DNA from: a virus
Taxonomy: Duplodnaviria > Caudoviricetes
Length of the DNA stretch: 40,466 bases
IMG/VR virus record: IMGVR_UViG_3300031260_000012
Span: 1-40,466 of that record
Direction: 5' to 3' (one strand)
Positions within the stretch are counted from its first letter, which is position 1. Every line of letters begins with the position of its first letter. The notes under the pieces were generated by a model. It had not been told where the DNA came from. It saw nothing but the letters and a program-made list of their open reading frames with translations, and searched no databases. Shown here one piece after another: positions 22,446-32,430 of this stretch. The position numbers and the translations under genes are program-made.

Positions 22446-23825
22446 ATGGCACGGAGAAAATCGAATAACGGGCAGCGTTTTACAAATAGCCTCACGGAGA
22501 TGGGGATTCAATTATCAATGCTAAATGGGACAACCGGCGGGAGCACGCTGTCAAGTTATGGTACGGCCGCTTTCTCAAATAATTATTCCCTCCTAACGCT
22601 GAACCGCATAATCCTTACCTACATGTACACGGGGAACGGTATTTTCCAGACTGCTATTCAGCTTCCAATTCAGGACGCAATCGGGAAAGGCGTTGACATA
22701 CAGTCCGGTGAACTCGATAACGATGACATCGATGAGGTTATGAGCTATTGGGAAGATATTGGCTTATGGAATGCCGTGTTGAATTACTGGACATGGGTCC
22801 GGCTTTACGGTGGTGGCGCCCTGCTTGTGAACAGCAATCAGGACCCGCAGAAACCGCTGAACCTGAACACACTCAATAGAACCCCGCTTGACTTCTACGA
22901 TATAGACCGCTGGCAGCTTGACACAAATCAGGCCATATTTGACGATTGGGATTCTTACAGTCTGTCAGCATCAAACAACAACGATATGATTTATCTATAC
23001 GGCGAGCCCATCCATGAAAGCCGATTTTTACGTTCCAAGGGAAAACGGGCCCCGCATTATGTCCGTCGGGTACTACGTGGCTGGGGAATGAGTGAAGGTG
23101 AACGGATGATCCGTGACCTGAACTTGTACCTTAAAACGCAAGATGTACTGTATGAAATACTCGATGAGTCGAAGGTTGACGTCTACAAAATAAACGGCCT
23201 TGCTCAGAAGCTTATGCAATCCGGGGGAACGGCTAAAATAACGCAGCGGGTACAGGCGGCTAATGAAATTAAAAATTACGTCAATGCTCTGGTTCTCGAT
23301 AGTCAGGAAGATTACGAGCAGAAAAGCATGAGCTTTGCCGGGCTTGCCGAAGTTATGAATCAGAACAGAATGGGCGTATCTGCGGCCTTGCGTATTCCTA
23401 TGGCTAAATTGTTTGGAGAAGCGGCTTCCGGATTTTCAAGCGGTGAGGATACGCTACAGAATTATAACGCAATGGTAGAGAGCGAGATCAGAGCACCGCT
23501 TAAGCCTGTTATACGTAAGCTTTTGAAAATCACTATGGCCCATGTTTTAGGCTATGTTCCGTCGTTTACGTTTGATTTTCCATCACTCAGGGAATTAAAG
23601 CCGGAAATTGAGGATCAGATAAAAACAGGGGATACGAACCGTATACTGTCCCTATTTGATCGTGGAATCATTGACAGTCAAGAAACTATGGAATCACTCA
23701 GAAAAGCAGGCGTCATCGACATCGAGACAAAGGCTGAACGCGGACTTGTACAGAACCCGGTAGCGCCAGCGGGGGAAGAAGAAATTCCGACCATGAGCGA
23801 TCCAGTTAAACCAGTAGCGGAATGA
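22446..23825 (+). CDS. Portal protein (DUF1073-like)
   Basis: RLYGGG, IHESR, GWGMS, IPMAKLFG....G.SSGE...NY; follows terL. Confidence 0.9.
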   Translation: MARRKSNNGQRFTNSLTEMGIQLSMLNGTTGGSTLSSYGTAAFSNNYSLLTLNRIILTYMYTGNGIFQTAIQLPIQDAIGKGVDIQSGELDNDDIDEVMSYWEDIGLWNAVLNYWTWVRLYGGGALLVNSNQDPQKPLNLNTLNRTPLDFYDIDRWQLDTNQAIFDDWDSYSLSASNNNDMIYLYGEPIHESRFLRSKGKRAPHYVRRVLRGWGMSEGERMIRDLNLYLKTQDVLYEILDESKVDVYKINGLAQKLMQSGGTAKITQRVQAANEIKNYVNALVLDSQEDYEQKSMSFAGLAEVMNQNRMGVSAALRIPMAKLFGEAASGFSSGEDTLQNYNAMVESEIRAPLKPVIRKLLKITMAHVLGYVPSFTFDFPSLRELKPEIEDQIKTGDTNRILSLFDRGIIDSQETMESLRKAGVIDIETKAERGLVQNPVAPAGEEEIPTMSDPVKPVAE

Positions 23826-24835
23826 TAAAATTACAGGAATCAGATTACAAAATAATTGAAGATCAACTCATAGAATTATTTTACGAGTGGTATTATAAAC
23901 CGATTCTCGATTTAATGAGCGATAAGCGTTTTAATCAACTCTACAATTCAAACAGTGCGCTAATCACTGCAATCAGACGCGGAACAGTAAAATACAAAGA
24001 CGGGGTGTTTACCGGATCGTTTAATTCCCGCATATCAAAAGAGCTTTCCAGGTTCGCAAAATACAACGGACGCAAGAAACAATGGGAAGGCATGGCCCCG
24101 CCTGATGTAACAGCTGCTGCGATGATTGCCAATGATAAAATGCGGAAATTAAACGAGCGCATAAAGGATGAGCTGAATACCATGGAGGCCCGGGTACAGT
24201 CTGCGATAAATAATCTCCCGCTCCGTGTTGAGGAAGTAATCAACGATATCGACGGACGATTAGTCAAAGAAGTAAAGGGAATAACCGTTCTACCTGAAAT
24301 AACCGAAGATATGCGGAAAAGTCTCACGGAAAAGTATACCGAGAATATGGAGCTCTATGTCAGAAACTGGAACCCGGAACAAATAAAGCGGCTCCGTGTG
24401 ATGGTGGAAAATAATATCCGAAAAGGCTTAAACCGGCAGGATATGCAAGATGCCATTATGTCAGAGTTTGGCACCACCAGGGCGAAGGCTCAATTCTTAG
24501 CCAGGAATGAAGTCAGCCTATGGCTATCAGAAATGCGCAACGAGCGGTTCAATGATGCCGGTATTGAGATTTACAAATGGTCAACGTCAAATGATTCCCG
24601 GGTTGTAGGCACCCCCGGCGGGAAATGGCCTGAACCCTCGAAGGGACACGGCAACCATTACCTGATGCAATCTAAATACTGCCGCCTCGATGATCCTACA
24701 GTTTACGCCGATAGTCTCAATGATGCGAAGGCCGGTAAGTGGAAAAGCAAGCTGGCAATCGGAGCGGGAGACAAACACCCCGGGCAGGAATACTTGTGCC
24801 GCTGCGGGATGATACCGGTACTTTTGCCTAAATAG
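23822..24835 (+). CDS. Minor head protein (SPP1 gp7/Mu F-like)
   Basis: AQFLARNE, YKWSTSNDSRV, HPGQEYLCRC. Confidence 0.9.
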   Translation: MIKLQESDYKIIEDQLIELFYEWYYKPILDLMSDKRFNQLYNSNSALITAIRRGTVKYKDGVFTGSFNSRISKELSRFAKYNGRKKQWEGMAPPDVTAAAMIANDKMRKLNERIKDELNTMEARVQSAINNLPLRVEEVINDIDGRLVKEVKGITVLPEITEDMRKSLTEKYTENMELYVRNWNPEQIKRLRVMVENNIRKGLNRQDMQDAIMSEFGTTRAKAQFLARNEVSLWLSEMRNERFNDAGIEIYKWSTSNDSRVVGTPGGKWPEPSKGHGNHYLMQSKYCRLDDPTVYADSLNDAKAGKWKSKLAIGAGDKHPGQEYLCRCGMIPVLLPK

Positions 24836-24864
24836 TAAACAAACATATAGCAAACAAATGTTAC

Positions 24865-24894
24865 TTGACAATTGTATAGCATTTACTCCATTAT
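24865..24894 (+). promoter_or_regulatory. Putative leaderless promoter of head operon
   Basis: TTGACA-18-CATTAT-6 nt-ATG(24901); no SD. Confidence 0.6.
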
Positions 24895-24900
24895 TAAACC

Positions 24901-25962
24901 ATGAGCGTCAAAACGCAAAAGGTCAGAAACGCGGCCCCGAAAAAATACAAAGCGAGGATGATTGCCCCCGGGCTTGTCAACTACGACGATCTTGGAATAG
25001 GTAACGTCCTTGTGCGTAAACCGGCACTTGATAAGATCAATCCGGGATGGACGGGGAAGCCAGTGTTTAACATGACCCACCGGGACGTATCGGAAATAGA
25101 GGCGTTCGATTTCCGCAACGAGGACCCGGAGAATTTCGCGGACGGTATCATAACGGACGTTAAGTACGATGAGGCGAGCGGGTGGTACGTCGCTGAGTTT
25201 TTAGCATGGGATGCGGAAACGCAAGAGACCCTTGACCTAAAAGACCGGACAGGAAAGCCGCTGTACAGTGTGTCGTGCGCGTACACAGTAACCGAAGAGG
25301 ACGAGACCGGAGGGGAGTACAACGGTATTCCCTTCACGTCGGAGGTTCTTAACGGGCGCGCAGATCACTTGGCCATTGTAAATAACCCGAGATATCCTGA
25401 TGCGATACTGCTGGAGAACGCTAAACCCGATAAGGAGAAACCTATGGGATTCAAACTATTTTTGAACAAGGGCAAGGAAGAGGCCGACGCGAAAAAGCGT
25501 AAGAACGAACTGCCGCCTCCTGAACCCGAAGAGACCGAGGAGGATGTCGAAGTGGACGGTTACGTTGAAATGGAGAACGGCGAAAAAGTCCCCATGAATG
25601 AGCTTGTCGCTGCGTATAATGAGAAAATGAAAAACGCAGAGGAAGAGGAAAAAGCTTACAGCATGGAGGATGAGGTTGTAATCAATGGCGAGACCATGAA
25701 AGTCAAAGACCTTGTGGCCGCTTGCGGATACGGCACTCAGCAGGAAAACGCCGAAGCGCCGACCGATGAAAAAGCCGAGGATGTTGTTGACGAGAAAAAG
25801 CAGGTCAGCAACTCGAAGAAAGAGAAAAACGAGAATTTCCGCAAGGTAGCCAATGCGGCCAAAGGCGATGAGGCCCCGGCGGATAGAAACGTCAACACCG
25901 CATCGAAGCGCCTTGAGCGCGGCAAGCAGCGGTACACCATACCCAAAAAGGGGGTTAAGTAA
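24901..25962 (+). CDS. Prohead protease/scaffold (DUF2213-like)
   Basis: GKPV...H, VSCAY, DHLAIV..PR; acidic scaffold C-half. Confidence 0.85.
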   Translation: MSVKTQKVRNAAPKKYKARMIAPGLVNYDDLGIGNVLVRKPALDKINPGWTGKPVFNMTHRDVSEIEAFDFRNEDPENFADGIITDVKYDEASGWYVAEFLAWDAETQETLDLKDRTGKPLYSVSCAYTVTEEDETGGEYNGIPFTSEVLNGRADHLAIVNNPRYPDAILLENAKPDKEKPMGFKLFLNKGKEEADAKKRKNELPPPEPEETEEDVEVDGYVEMENGEKVPMNELVAAYNEKMKNAEEEEKAYSMEDEVVINGETMKVKDLVAACGYGTQQENAEAPTDEKAEDVVDEKKQVSNSKKEKNENFRKVANAAKGDEAPADRNVNTASKRLERGKQRYTIPKKGVK

Positions 25963-26450
25963 TGGCTTTGCAGAATCTTAATCAGTTCGCCCAGACTCCT
26001 GTAGTCGGAAAACTGGCAGACGATACCACCGGGCGCGCATTTACGCTGACCTGTCGTTTCAAGGATGCGCAGACTACCGCCAACGATCTTGAGCCCGGGA
26101 CCCCGGTAAAGCTTGTTGACCTCGGCGCAAGTGATTTCTCCAGTCCCCCGATTGTCGATTTCATGGCCGATGACAATGACGGCGGCGCGTTCGGCGTATC
26201 ACTCTGGGACACGAAGAAGAACCCGAAGGAAGACGGCGACATTGTGCAGGTCGCCCTCGAGGGTGCGATTGTTTACCTTGAGGCATCGGCCGCTATCGAG
26301 CGCGGCGCTTCTGTCGCTGCCGTACTCGCGGCTCCCGGCGAGATTGTAACTGCAACCACTGAGGATGTACTTGGTGTAGCGCTGGATAAAGCCGCAGCCG
26401 ACGGGGATGTAATCCGCGTAAGAATCAAGCCCGTAGCGGTGAGCACCTAA
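25962..26450 (+). CDS. Head decoration/cement protein
   Basis: Between scaffold and capsid; GVALDKAAADGDVIRV. Confidence 0.75.
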   Translation: MALQNLNQFAQTPVVGKLADDTTGRAFTLTCRFKDAQTTANDLEPGTPVKLVDLGASDFSSPPIVDFMADDNDGGAFGVSLWDTKKNPKEDGDIVQVALEGAIVYLEASAAIERGASVAAVLAAPGEIVTATTEDVLGVALDKAAADGDVIRVRIKPVAVST

Positions 26451-26464
26451 GGAGGGGATGAAAG

Positions 26465-27520
26465 ATGAAAGGTAACATAGGACTTGTGGGCAGACTTTTG
26501 AAAAACGCGGGGGTTGTCCCTGATTACGTAGGCGGACGGCGCTTGACCAATGCTAACGGCGATATCGACCCGGCATCAAGCGGATACCGGTATATCATCG
26601 ACACATTGAGCTATATCCGGTCAAGCATAATTGACCAGGTATTTTATGAGGTGTCTATCGGCGATTATCTCCCGATGGACGTAGGCGAAGCCGCATGGAT
26701 GGAAGAGATAATCCAGAATGTGAACTTCTACCAGGGCGGTAGTTTTTACGAGGGTGACGCTGATATTCAGGCTGACACCGGACGGCTTGCACAGGTAGGG
26801 GCAGGACTTGATAAGGTTCGCATGGACGTCAAAACCTGGGCGAAGGCCACAGGCTGGACTATTATGGAGCTTTCCAAGGCTGCTGCTGCTAACAATTGGG
26901 ATGTTGTCGAGGCAAAACTCAAGAGTCTCAAGAAGAACTGGGACCTTGGTATTCAGGAAACAGCTTTCCTCGGGCATCCTGACGGAACCCTGACCGGGCT
27001 TCTGAATGACAGTGAGGTAAATATCAATACCACGCTGATCACCGAGCCTCTTTCCGGCATGACCGGGACTGAGTTTCAGGCTTTTATAGCCGGGCTACTC
27101 GGTGCCTACTGGACCAATTCGCAGAGTACCCGCCTGCCGGATACCTTCGTTATGCCGACCGACGATTATCTGGGACTTGCTTCTGCGGCTTCCCCGGATT
27201 ACCCGAACATTAGTAAACTTGAGTACATGCTGAACGCATTCCGCAAGATGACCGCTAATGAGGGATTCCAGATTCTCCCGCTGGCATACGCACAGGATGA
27301 TTTCAACGCTGACCGGGGAATCGAAAAAAACCGGTATGCACTGTACCGGAACGACCCCGATACCCTGAAAATGGCTATCCCTGTTGATTTCACCATGCTT
27401 GAGGCTGACACTACCAATAAGATCAACTGGCAGCAGGCTGCCTACGGACAGTACTCCGGCGTACTGATTAACCGGAAACGGGAAGTCTTGTATTTTGACG
27501 AAACCGCACCGAGCACTTAA
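26465..27520 (+). CDS. Major capsid protein (DUF2184-like)
   Basis: 351 aa, AFLG....TGLLN, PDTFVMP; strong RBS; followed by terminator. Confidence 0.9.
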   Translation: MKGNIGLVGRLLKNAGVVPDYVGGRRLTNANGDIDPASSGYRYIIDTLSYIRSSIIDQVFYEVSIGDYLPMDVGEAAWMEEIIQNVNFYQGGSFYEGDADIQADTGRLAQVGAGLDKVRMDVKTWAKATGWTIMELSKAAAANNWDVVEAKLKSLKKNWDLGIQETAFLGHPDGTLTGLLNDSEVNINTTLITEPLSGMTGTEFQAFIAGLLGAYWTNSQSTRLPDTFVMPTDDYLGLASAASPDYPNISKLEYMLNAFRKMTANEGFQILPLAYAQDDFNADRGIEKNRYALYRNDPDTLKMAIPVDFTMLEADTTNKINWQQAAYGQYSGVLINRKREVLYFDETAPST

Positions 27521-27539
27521 GAAACAGCATGAGGTAATT

Positions 27540-27566
27540 AGCCCCTGGGAAACCGGGGGCTTTTTT
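27540..27566 (+). terminator. Intrinsic terminator
   Basis: GCCCCTGG-GAAA-CCGGGGGC-TTTTTT. Confidence 0.9.
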
Positions 27567-27567
27567 A

Positions 27568-27596
27568 TTGCACTGAACGTCAAAATGTAGTACGGT
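27568..27596 (+). promoter_or_regulatory. Putative leaderless promoter
   Basis: TTGCAC-17-TACGGT-6 nt-ATG(27603); no SD. Confidence 0.5.
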
Positions 27597-27602
27597 AATC
27601 CT

Positions 27603-28064
27603 ATGCACGACCTTATAATCATGGGACACGGTAACGGCTGGCGAAACATCGTAAACGAGAGCGCCCGCGAAGTGTGGGCGGTGCTTTCTGTATACGGCAA
27701 TTATAAACAGGCAGATAAGTATTTCGATATTCACAAAATGACGAATGCAAAGCTTGAGAAATTGCGCAAGATCATACCGCCTGACAAGCTTTTCCGCGCA
27801 GAGGATTTTCCGCATAACGACCTCATAAAACAGTTTGGCCCTTTCTTTCAATCTTCTGTCTCGTGGATGCTTGGATACGCATGCCAATTAGGATACACTG
27901 ATATTAAGATGGTTGGCGTAAACATGGAACACGGGACAGAGTACGGCAGGCAGCGGGATTCTTACTTTTACATGGTCGGCCAACTTGCTGCCCGTGGTGT
28001 GACTGTTTACACTGACCGAAAATCAGGAGTATATTTGAGTACAGAAATGTACGGAGGAGTTTAA
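27603..28064 (+). CDS. Hypothetical protein resembling MptE/Maf/sialyltransferase-like Rossmann domain
   Basis: LIIMGHG near N-terminus; SSVSWMLGYACQLGYTDIKMVGVNM. Confidence 0.5.
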   Translation: MHDLIIMGHGNGWRNIVNESAREVWAVLSVYGNYKQADKYFDIHKMTNAKLEKLRKIIPPDKLFRAEDFPHNDLIKQFGPFFQSSVSWMLGYACQLGYTDIKMVGVNMEHGTEYGRQRDSYFYMVGQLAARGVTVYTDRKSGVYLSTEMYGGV

Positions 28065-28068
28065 CAAA

Positions 28069-28350
28069 ATGGCTACATTGTATAACAAGGGAAAACGGAC
28101 GTGGAAGCTTGCGAAGGACCTGAAGGAACTACGGCCCGGTAAGCGCATGGATGTCGACAAGAAGCTGGCACAGAAATACATCGTCCTCTACCCGAAGGAA
28201 TTCGAGTTGATGGATAGCGTCGAAAAGTCAGAGCCGAAGCGCAAGCCCCGCAAGCAGAAGTCAGAGCCGAAGCGCAAGCCCCGCAAGCAGAAGTCAGAAC
28301 CCGAGACGGTAAACGCTGAGGATGTCGAAGTAAACCTTGAGGAAGAATAA
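28069..28350 (+). CDS. Small head-region protein with basic tandem repeat
   Basis: GGAGG RBS; KSEPKRKPRKQ x2. Confidence 0.75.
   Translation: MATLYNKGKRTWKLAKDLKELRPGKRMDVDKKLAQKYIVLYPKEFELMDSVEKSEPKRKPRKQKSEPKRKPRKQKSEPETVNAEDVEVNLEEE
28225..28298 (+). repeat. 33-bp tandem duplication (2 copies + partial)
   Basis: AAGTCAGAGCCGAAGCGCAAGCCCCGCAAGCAG x2, then AAGTCAGA. Confidence 0.92.
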
Positions 28351-28769
28351 TGATTACGATAACCGCCACCGATTTCAAAAGCTATTTTGACCGGGGTCAA
28401 TTTACCTACGGGACTACCCTACCTGATATCCGTGACACCGATATTGACAGGGCGATAGCAGAAGCAGAGGCGGTTTTCAATCATGATCTTTATCCAACCG
28501 AAACAGTAGAGAACCTCGCCCTGTTGTACCTGACTGCCCATTACTTGCAAGGTGATACCGACGCTGCTGATTCAGGAGGCCAGGGTCAGCTCTTGCAGAC
28601 GTCCAGATCGGCAGACGGGATATCCGAGGGGTTACACATCCCTGAGTGGATACAGCAGGGTGAGTTTTCGATTTATGCCACGACATACTACGGGATTAAG
28701 TTTCTCATGCTGTCGAAGCCCTATCTTGATGGCGCTGTCTACAGTGTGCCCGGGGGGACGCAGTTTTGA
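28350..28769 (+). CDS. Head-tail adaptor (DUF4054-like)
   Basis: LYLTAHYL, TTYYG..F. Confidence 0.85.
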   Translation: MITITATDFKSYFDRGQFTYGTTLPDIRDTDIDRAIAEAEAVFNHDLYPTETVENLALLYLTAHYLQGDTDAADSGGQGQLLQTSRSADGISEGLHIPEWIQQGEFSIYATTYYGIKFLMLSKPYLDGAVYSVPGGTQF

Positions 28770-29263
28770 GCTTTTCCGAGCGGTACGGTGACAGCGTGGT
28801 ACAGGGCGATTTCTCACAGCTTGAAAAACTCGTCGAGGGGCTGAGCGCCAAACATTACGTTGATGTAGGAATCATTGGAGAAAACACCGAGACTGAGAGC
28901 GGACTGACCATTGCCGGTATCGGCGCCGTCCATGAGTTTGGAACCGACAAGGCCGGGCGGGGGAACAGCACAACGATACCTGAACGCTCATTCATCCGCA
29001 TGCCGTTGAACAAGAAACAAGGCGAGATACAAAAACAAGTTGAGGGCCGGCTTGAAGGACACCTTGCCCGGGGCGACGTGAAGGCGGTTTTCAAGGATAT
29101 CGGCGTAGCTGCCTACGGTGCAATCCAAGAGGCTTTCGATACTCGGGGATTCGGTACATGGAAAGAGAACGCTGATAGCACGGTACAGCGCAAGGGGAGC
29201 GACGCGCCGCTTATTGACGATGGCACACTCCGTCAGTCTATATCATCTGAGGTAGGCCCATAA
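28766..29263 (+). CDS. Neck/tail completion protein
   Basis: HEFG...IPERSFIR, NA.ST..RKGS..PLID.G.LRQSI. Confidence 0.85.
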   Translation: MSFSERYGDSVVQGDFSQLEKLVEGLSAKHYVDVGIIGENTETESGLTIAGIGAVHEFGTDKAGRGNSTTIPERSFIRMPLNKKQGEIQKQVEGRLEGHLARGDVKAVFKDIGVAAYGAIQEAFDTRGFGTWKENADSTVQRKGSDAPLIDDGTLRQSISSEVGP

Positions 29264-29610
29264 TGGCAGTGCCGCAGTTAGGACACGTTTTACGCGGATG
29301 GACAACTCAGCAGACGGTAACACTCGTGACAAAGTCGATAGACCCCGATACTCATAAAACCGTAAAGGTTGAGACAACCGCAGTATACCGTGTCAACCGG
29401 CAGCCAGTCCCCCAGCAGAAAATAGACCAGAAGCAGGACGGGGAACGAGACTGGAAATGGTGGAGTTTTATAATCAGGGGGAAAGTGTACCTGTCAAAAG
29501 ATGACCGCGTAACAATAGCCGGGGTGAAATACCGGATAATGAACGGGTCGGACTGGTCTCAAAGTGGGTTCACGAAGTTTGAAGCCGTGGAGGATTATAC
29601 CGATGCCTGA
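29263..29610 (+). CDS. Head closure-like protein
   Basis: Position; YRI....DWS..GF motif. Confidence 0.7.
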   Translation: MAVPQLGHVLRGWTTQQTVTLVTKSIDPDTHKTVKVETTAVYRVNRQPVPQQKIDQKQDGERDWKWWSFIIRGKVYLSKDDRVTIAGVKYRIMNGSDWSQSGFTKFEAVEDYTDA

Positions 29611-30100
29611 GGTTGATGTCATACTTGCCAACATAATCCGGGATCACATGGGAATCGACGGTTCCCGAATTGCGCTATATAATCAGAATTTCAATAAGCC
29701 TAAGGACGACGATATATTTATCGTTATCGCAACCGAGAATAAAAGAGTTGTCGGAAATATATTTAATTTTGACAGCGACGTCGACGAGGAAGTATTAAGC
29801 ACCACATTTTACACCACGCTTAATATTGAGATAACCAGCCGTGACGATAGCGCGAAATTGCGGAATCATGAAATACTCATGGCGCTTAATTCCACGATAT
29901 CGCAACAGGCGCAAGAGACGAACACAATCAGAATATACCGGACAGGCTCTATCCTTGACCTGTCTACCATTGACGGTGCATCGGCCTTGTACAGGTACCA
30001 GATTCCCGTTATTATATCCCATGTGGAAACAAAAAGAATGGCGGTAGCGCCAATAGACAAATTCCAGCCAATAACTACGGAGGTAGAGAGAAATGGCTAA
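29603..30100 (+). CDS. Tail terminator/neck protein
   Basis: Position before sheath; GGAGG RBS. Confidence 0.7.
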   Translation: MPEVDVILANIIRDHMGIDGSRIALYNQNFNKPKDDDIFIVIATENKRVVGNIFNFDSDVDEEVLSTTFYTTLNIEITSRDDSAKLRNHEILMALNSTISQQAQETNTIRIYRTGSILDLSTIDGASALYRYQIPVIISHVETKRMAVAPIDKFQPITTEVERNG

Positions 30101-31571
30101 AATTGACATTAGCAATGTAATCACGGTTACGCTTCTATCGGCGTTACGAGGATTACAGAACCTTAACACATCGGTACTTGCACTGTTCACCGATGAGGAG
30201 CCGGTTACTACCCTACCGGATGGATACGGTATATACCGCAATCCTACGGCGGTAGCAAATGACTGGGGGAGCACATCAGACGCGTACACGTATGCTAACC
30301 GGATTTTCTCGCAGACTTTGAACCCGGTATCAGGCGGCGGCTATCTTGTAATCATCCCGCTTGACCAGACAGCGGCGGCAAGTGCGGCCACGCTAAGAAG
30401 TACGGCTCCGGTAAATCTGCTTAATCTGACCGGCGTTGATTATGAGATCAATGCGGCAATAGATGGTGGTGTTGCTGCTGACCTTACCATCGGAGAGCTT
30501 GACCTATCGAGTGTTGAAGCAGCCGAGACAAGCCTGAATAGTACAGAAGTTTCAGCGGCCGGAGTTACCTTTTCTATAAGCGGAGATTTGACAGCCGCTA
30601 CTATTACACTTGCAAGCGATACGACTGGCGCAACGTCCAGCCTCCTACTTGACGACGCTACCACCGGGACCGATATCGCCGGGCTCTTGAACCTACAAAA
30701 GGGCGTTACTGCAACCGGAGCTGATGCTGGAGTTGAACGGGTCAAGGATGCAATCCTGAGGACTGCCGGCAGTATCAACTATTTCGGGATTATCTTGAAT
30801 CAGAAACTTGCCGACGCAGAACTTACCGAGACTGCCGCACTAATGCAGGGGCTTGATAAACTACTATTTGTAGGATCGAACCTGTCAGCCGACGTTACCG
30901 GTATTTTTACCACTCTAAAAAATGCAGGTTACACGCATACCCGCTGTCTGTATTATTCGATCAGCGAGACTAAAGCTCTTGAGTTTGCAGCCGGGTACGC
31001 AGGGCGCGGCCTGTCTGTCAATTTCGACGGAGTGAATACGGCCCAGACGATGCACCTGAAAGAGATAACCGGTATGATCGCCGACACTGGGTTGACTGAA
31101 ACGCTACTCAATACTGCTAACCGGGCGGGCGTCGATGTGTACGCTGATTTCGGAGTGCCGAAGCTTTTCACCTCCGGGGCAAACGAATACTTTGATTTTA
31201 TTTACATGCAGCTTGCGTTCAAGAACCGCCTACAGATTGCAGGTTTCAATTTCTTGGCTACTACAAATACGAAAATCCCACAGACTGAAACTGGAATGAA
31301 CAACTTGAAAAACGCTTATCGTGAAGTGTGTAAGGATTTCGTGGAAAACGGCTCTTTCGCACCTGGTACATGGAACGACGCTACGACCTTCGGGAACCCC
31401 GAGGACCACCGTCGCAATATTGCAGACTTTGGCTATTATATTTACAGTGTGCCGATCACCGAACAATCGCAGCTTGAACGGGAAAGCCGCGTAGCCCCTG
31501 CCGTGTATATCGCCGGTAAGTCTGCCGGGGCGATCCATAAGGGCGACGTGGTCGCCTTCATTGAGAAATAA
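30093..31571 (+). CDS. Contractile tail sheath (DUF3383-like)
   Basis: KIPQTETGM, G.FAPG.W, GYYIY, R..R.AP, AGAIH. Confidence 0.9.
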   Translation: MAKIDISNVITVTLLSALRGLQNLNTSVLALFTDEEPVTTLPDGYGIYRNPTAVANDWGSTSDAYTYANRIFSQTLNPVSGGGYLVIIPLDQTAAASAATLRSTAPVNLLNLTGVDYEINAAIDGGVAADLTIGELDLSSVEAAETSLNSTEVSAAGVTFSISGDLTAATITLASDTTGATSSLLLDDATTGTDIAGLLNLQKGVTATGADAGVERVKDAILRTAGSINYFGIILNQKLADAELTETAALMQGLDKLLFVGSNLSADVTGIFTTLKNAGYTHTRCLYYSISETKALEFAAGYAGRGLSVNFDGVNTAQTMHLKEITGMIADTGLTETLLNTANRAGVDVYADFGVPKLFTSGANEYFDFIYMQLAFKNRLQIAGFNFLATTNTKIPQTETGMNNLKNAYREVCKDFVENGSFAPGTWNDATTFGNPEDHRRNIADFGYYIYSVPITEQSQLERESRVAPAVYIAGKSAGAIHKGDVVAFIEK

Positions 31572-31585
31572 GGAGGATTGAGTAT

Positions 31586-32038
31586 ATGAGTGTTTCACTA
31601 ACCGGAGAAGATACCACCATTATCAATGGCAGGATTTTACGGGACCTGGCCGACGGCGATTGTGTCGCTATCGATGTTCCTAACAACATAGCAGAGCAGA
31701 AGGTCGGGAAAAACGGAAATATACTTGTGGCCTTCAACGCTACGGGAAAAACTGTCAATGTAACCATGCGGGTTATCGCTGGTAGCGCAGACGACAAGTT
31801 TCTCAATTCTGAGTACGCCTCTTTTATCAATGACCCCGCAAGCTTCCCGATGTTTGAGGGTGAGTTTATCAAACGTGTCGGCGACGGCTCCGGGAACGTC
31901 AATAATATTGTCTACTCCCTGGGCAAGGGCGTACCGCAGAAAATGCCGGTGGTCAAAGAGAACAAGGAAGGCGACACGGAGCAAAGTGTCGCTATCTGGA
32001 TGCTACAGTTTGCCAACACTGACAGGGCTATTGCATAA
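31586..32038 (+). CDS. Tail tube protein
   Basis: 150 aa after sheath; S.DDKFLN motif. Confidence 0.8.
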   Translation: MSVSLTGEDTTIINGRILRDLADGDCVAIDVPNNIAEQKVGKNGNILVAFNATGKTVNVTMRVIAGSADDKFLNSEYASFINDPASFPMFEGEFIKRVGDGSGNVNNIVYSLGKGVPQKMPVVKENKEGDTEQSVAIWMLQFANTDRAIA

Positions 32039-32430
32039 TGGGATTTGACAAGAAAAAGTTACAGATTACAAAGGCGACGTTTGACGATGCTTTCGATTTA
32101 CAGGACGCAATAAGCCGGGCCGTAAAAGGTAACCGGCTTAACGTCCCCGAGGGCATGGAATCGGATATCGACGTTTCCTCTTTCCTTGACGCAGCATTGT
32201 CCACAATTTCCAGCAGGGAAGTACGTGACTGCCTTTTCCGTTGTGCTGAGCGTGCCCTGTACGATAATCAGAAAATCAACAAGGATTTTTTTGAGAAAGA
32301 GGATAACCGGGAGCTGTACTATCCCATTATGATCGAGATAGTAAAGGAGAATGTCGGCCCTTTTATCACGGGTCTGCTTTCATCGTTCGGGGGCCCCGGA
32401 CAGATAGAAACCTTCCTAAAACGGAAATAA
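32038..32430 (+). CDS. Tail assembly chaperone (G-like)
   Basis: Between tube and tape measure; contains slippery site. Confidence 0.8.
   Translation: MGFDKKKLQITKATFDDAFDLQDAISRAVKGNRLNVPEGMESDIDVSSFLDAALSTISSREVRDCLFRCAERALYDNQKINKDFFEKEDNRELYYPIMIEIVKENVGPFITGLLSSFGGPGQIETFLKRK

Noticed and set aside
22446-23825. Anti-CBASS Acb1 (label often attached to this family)
   Set aside because: Position after terL, size and motifs indicate portal; no 2H phosphoesterase HxT pair recognised.
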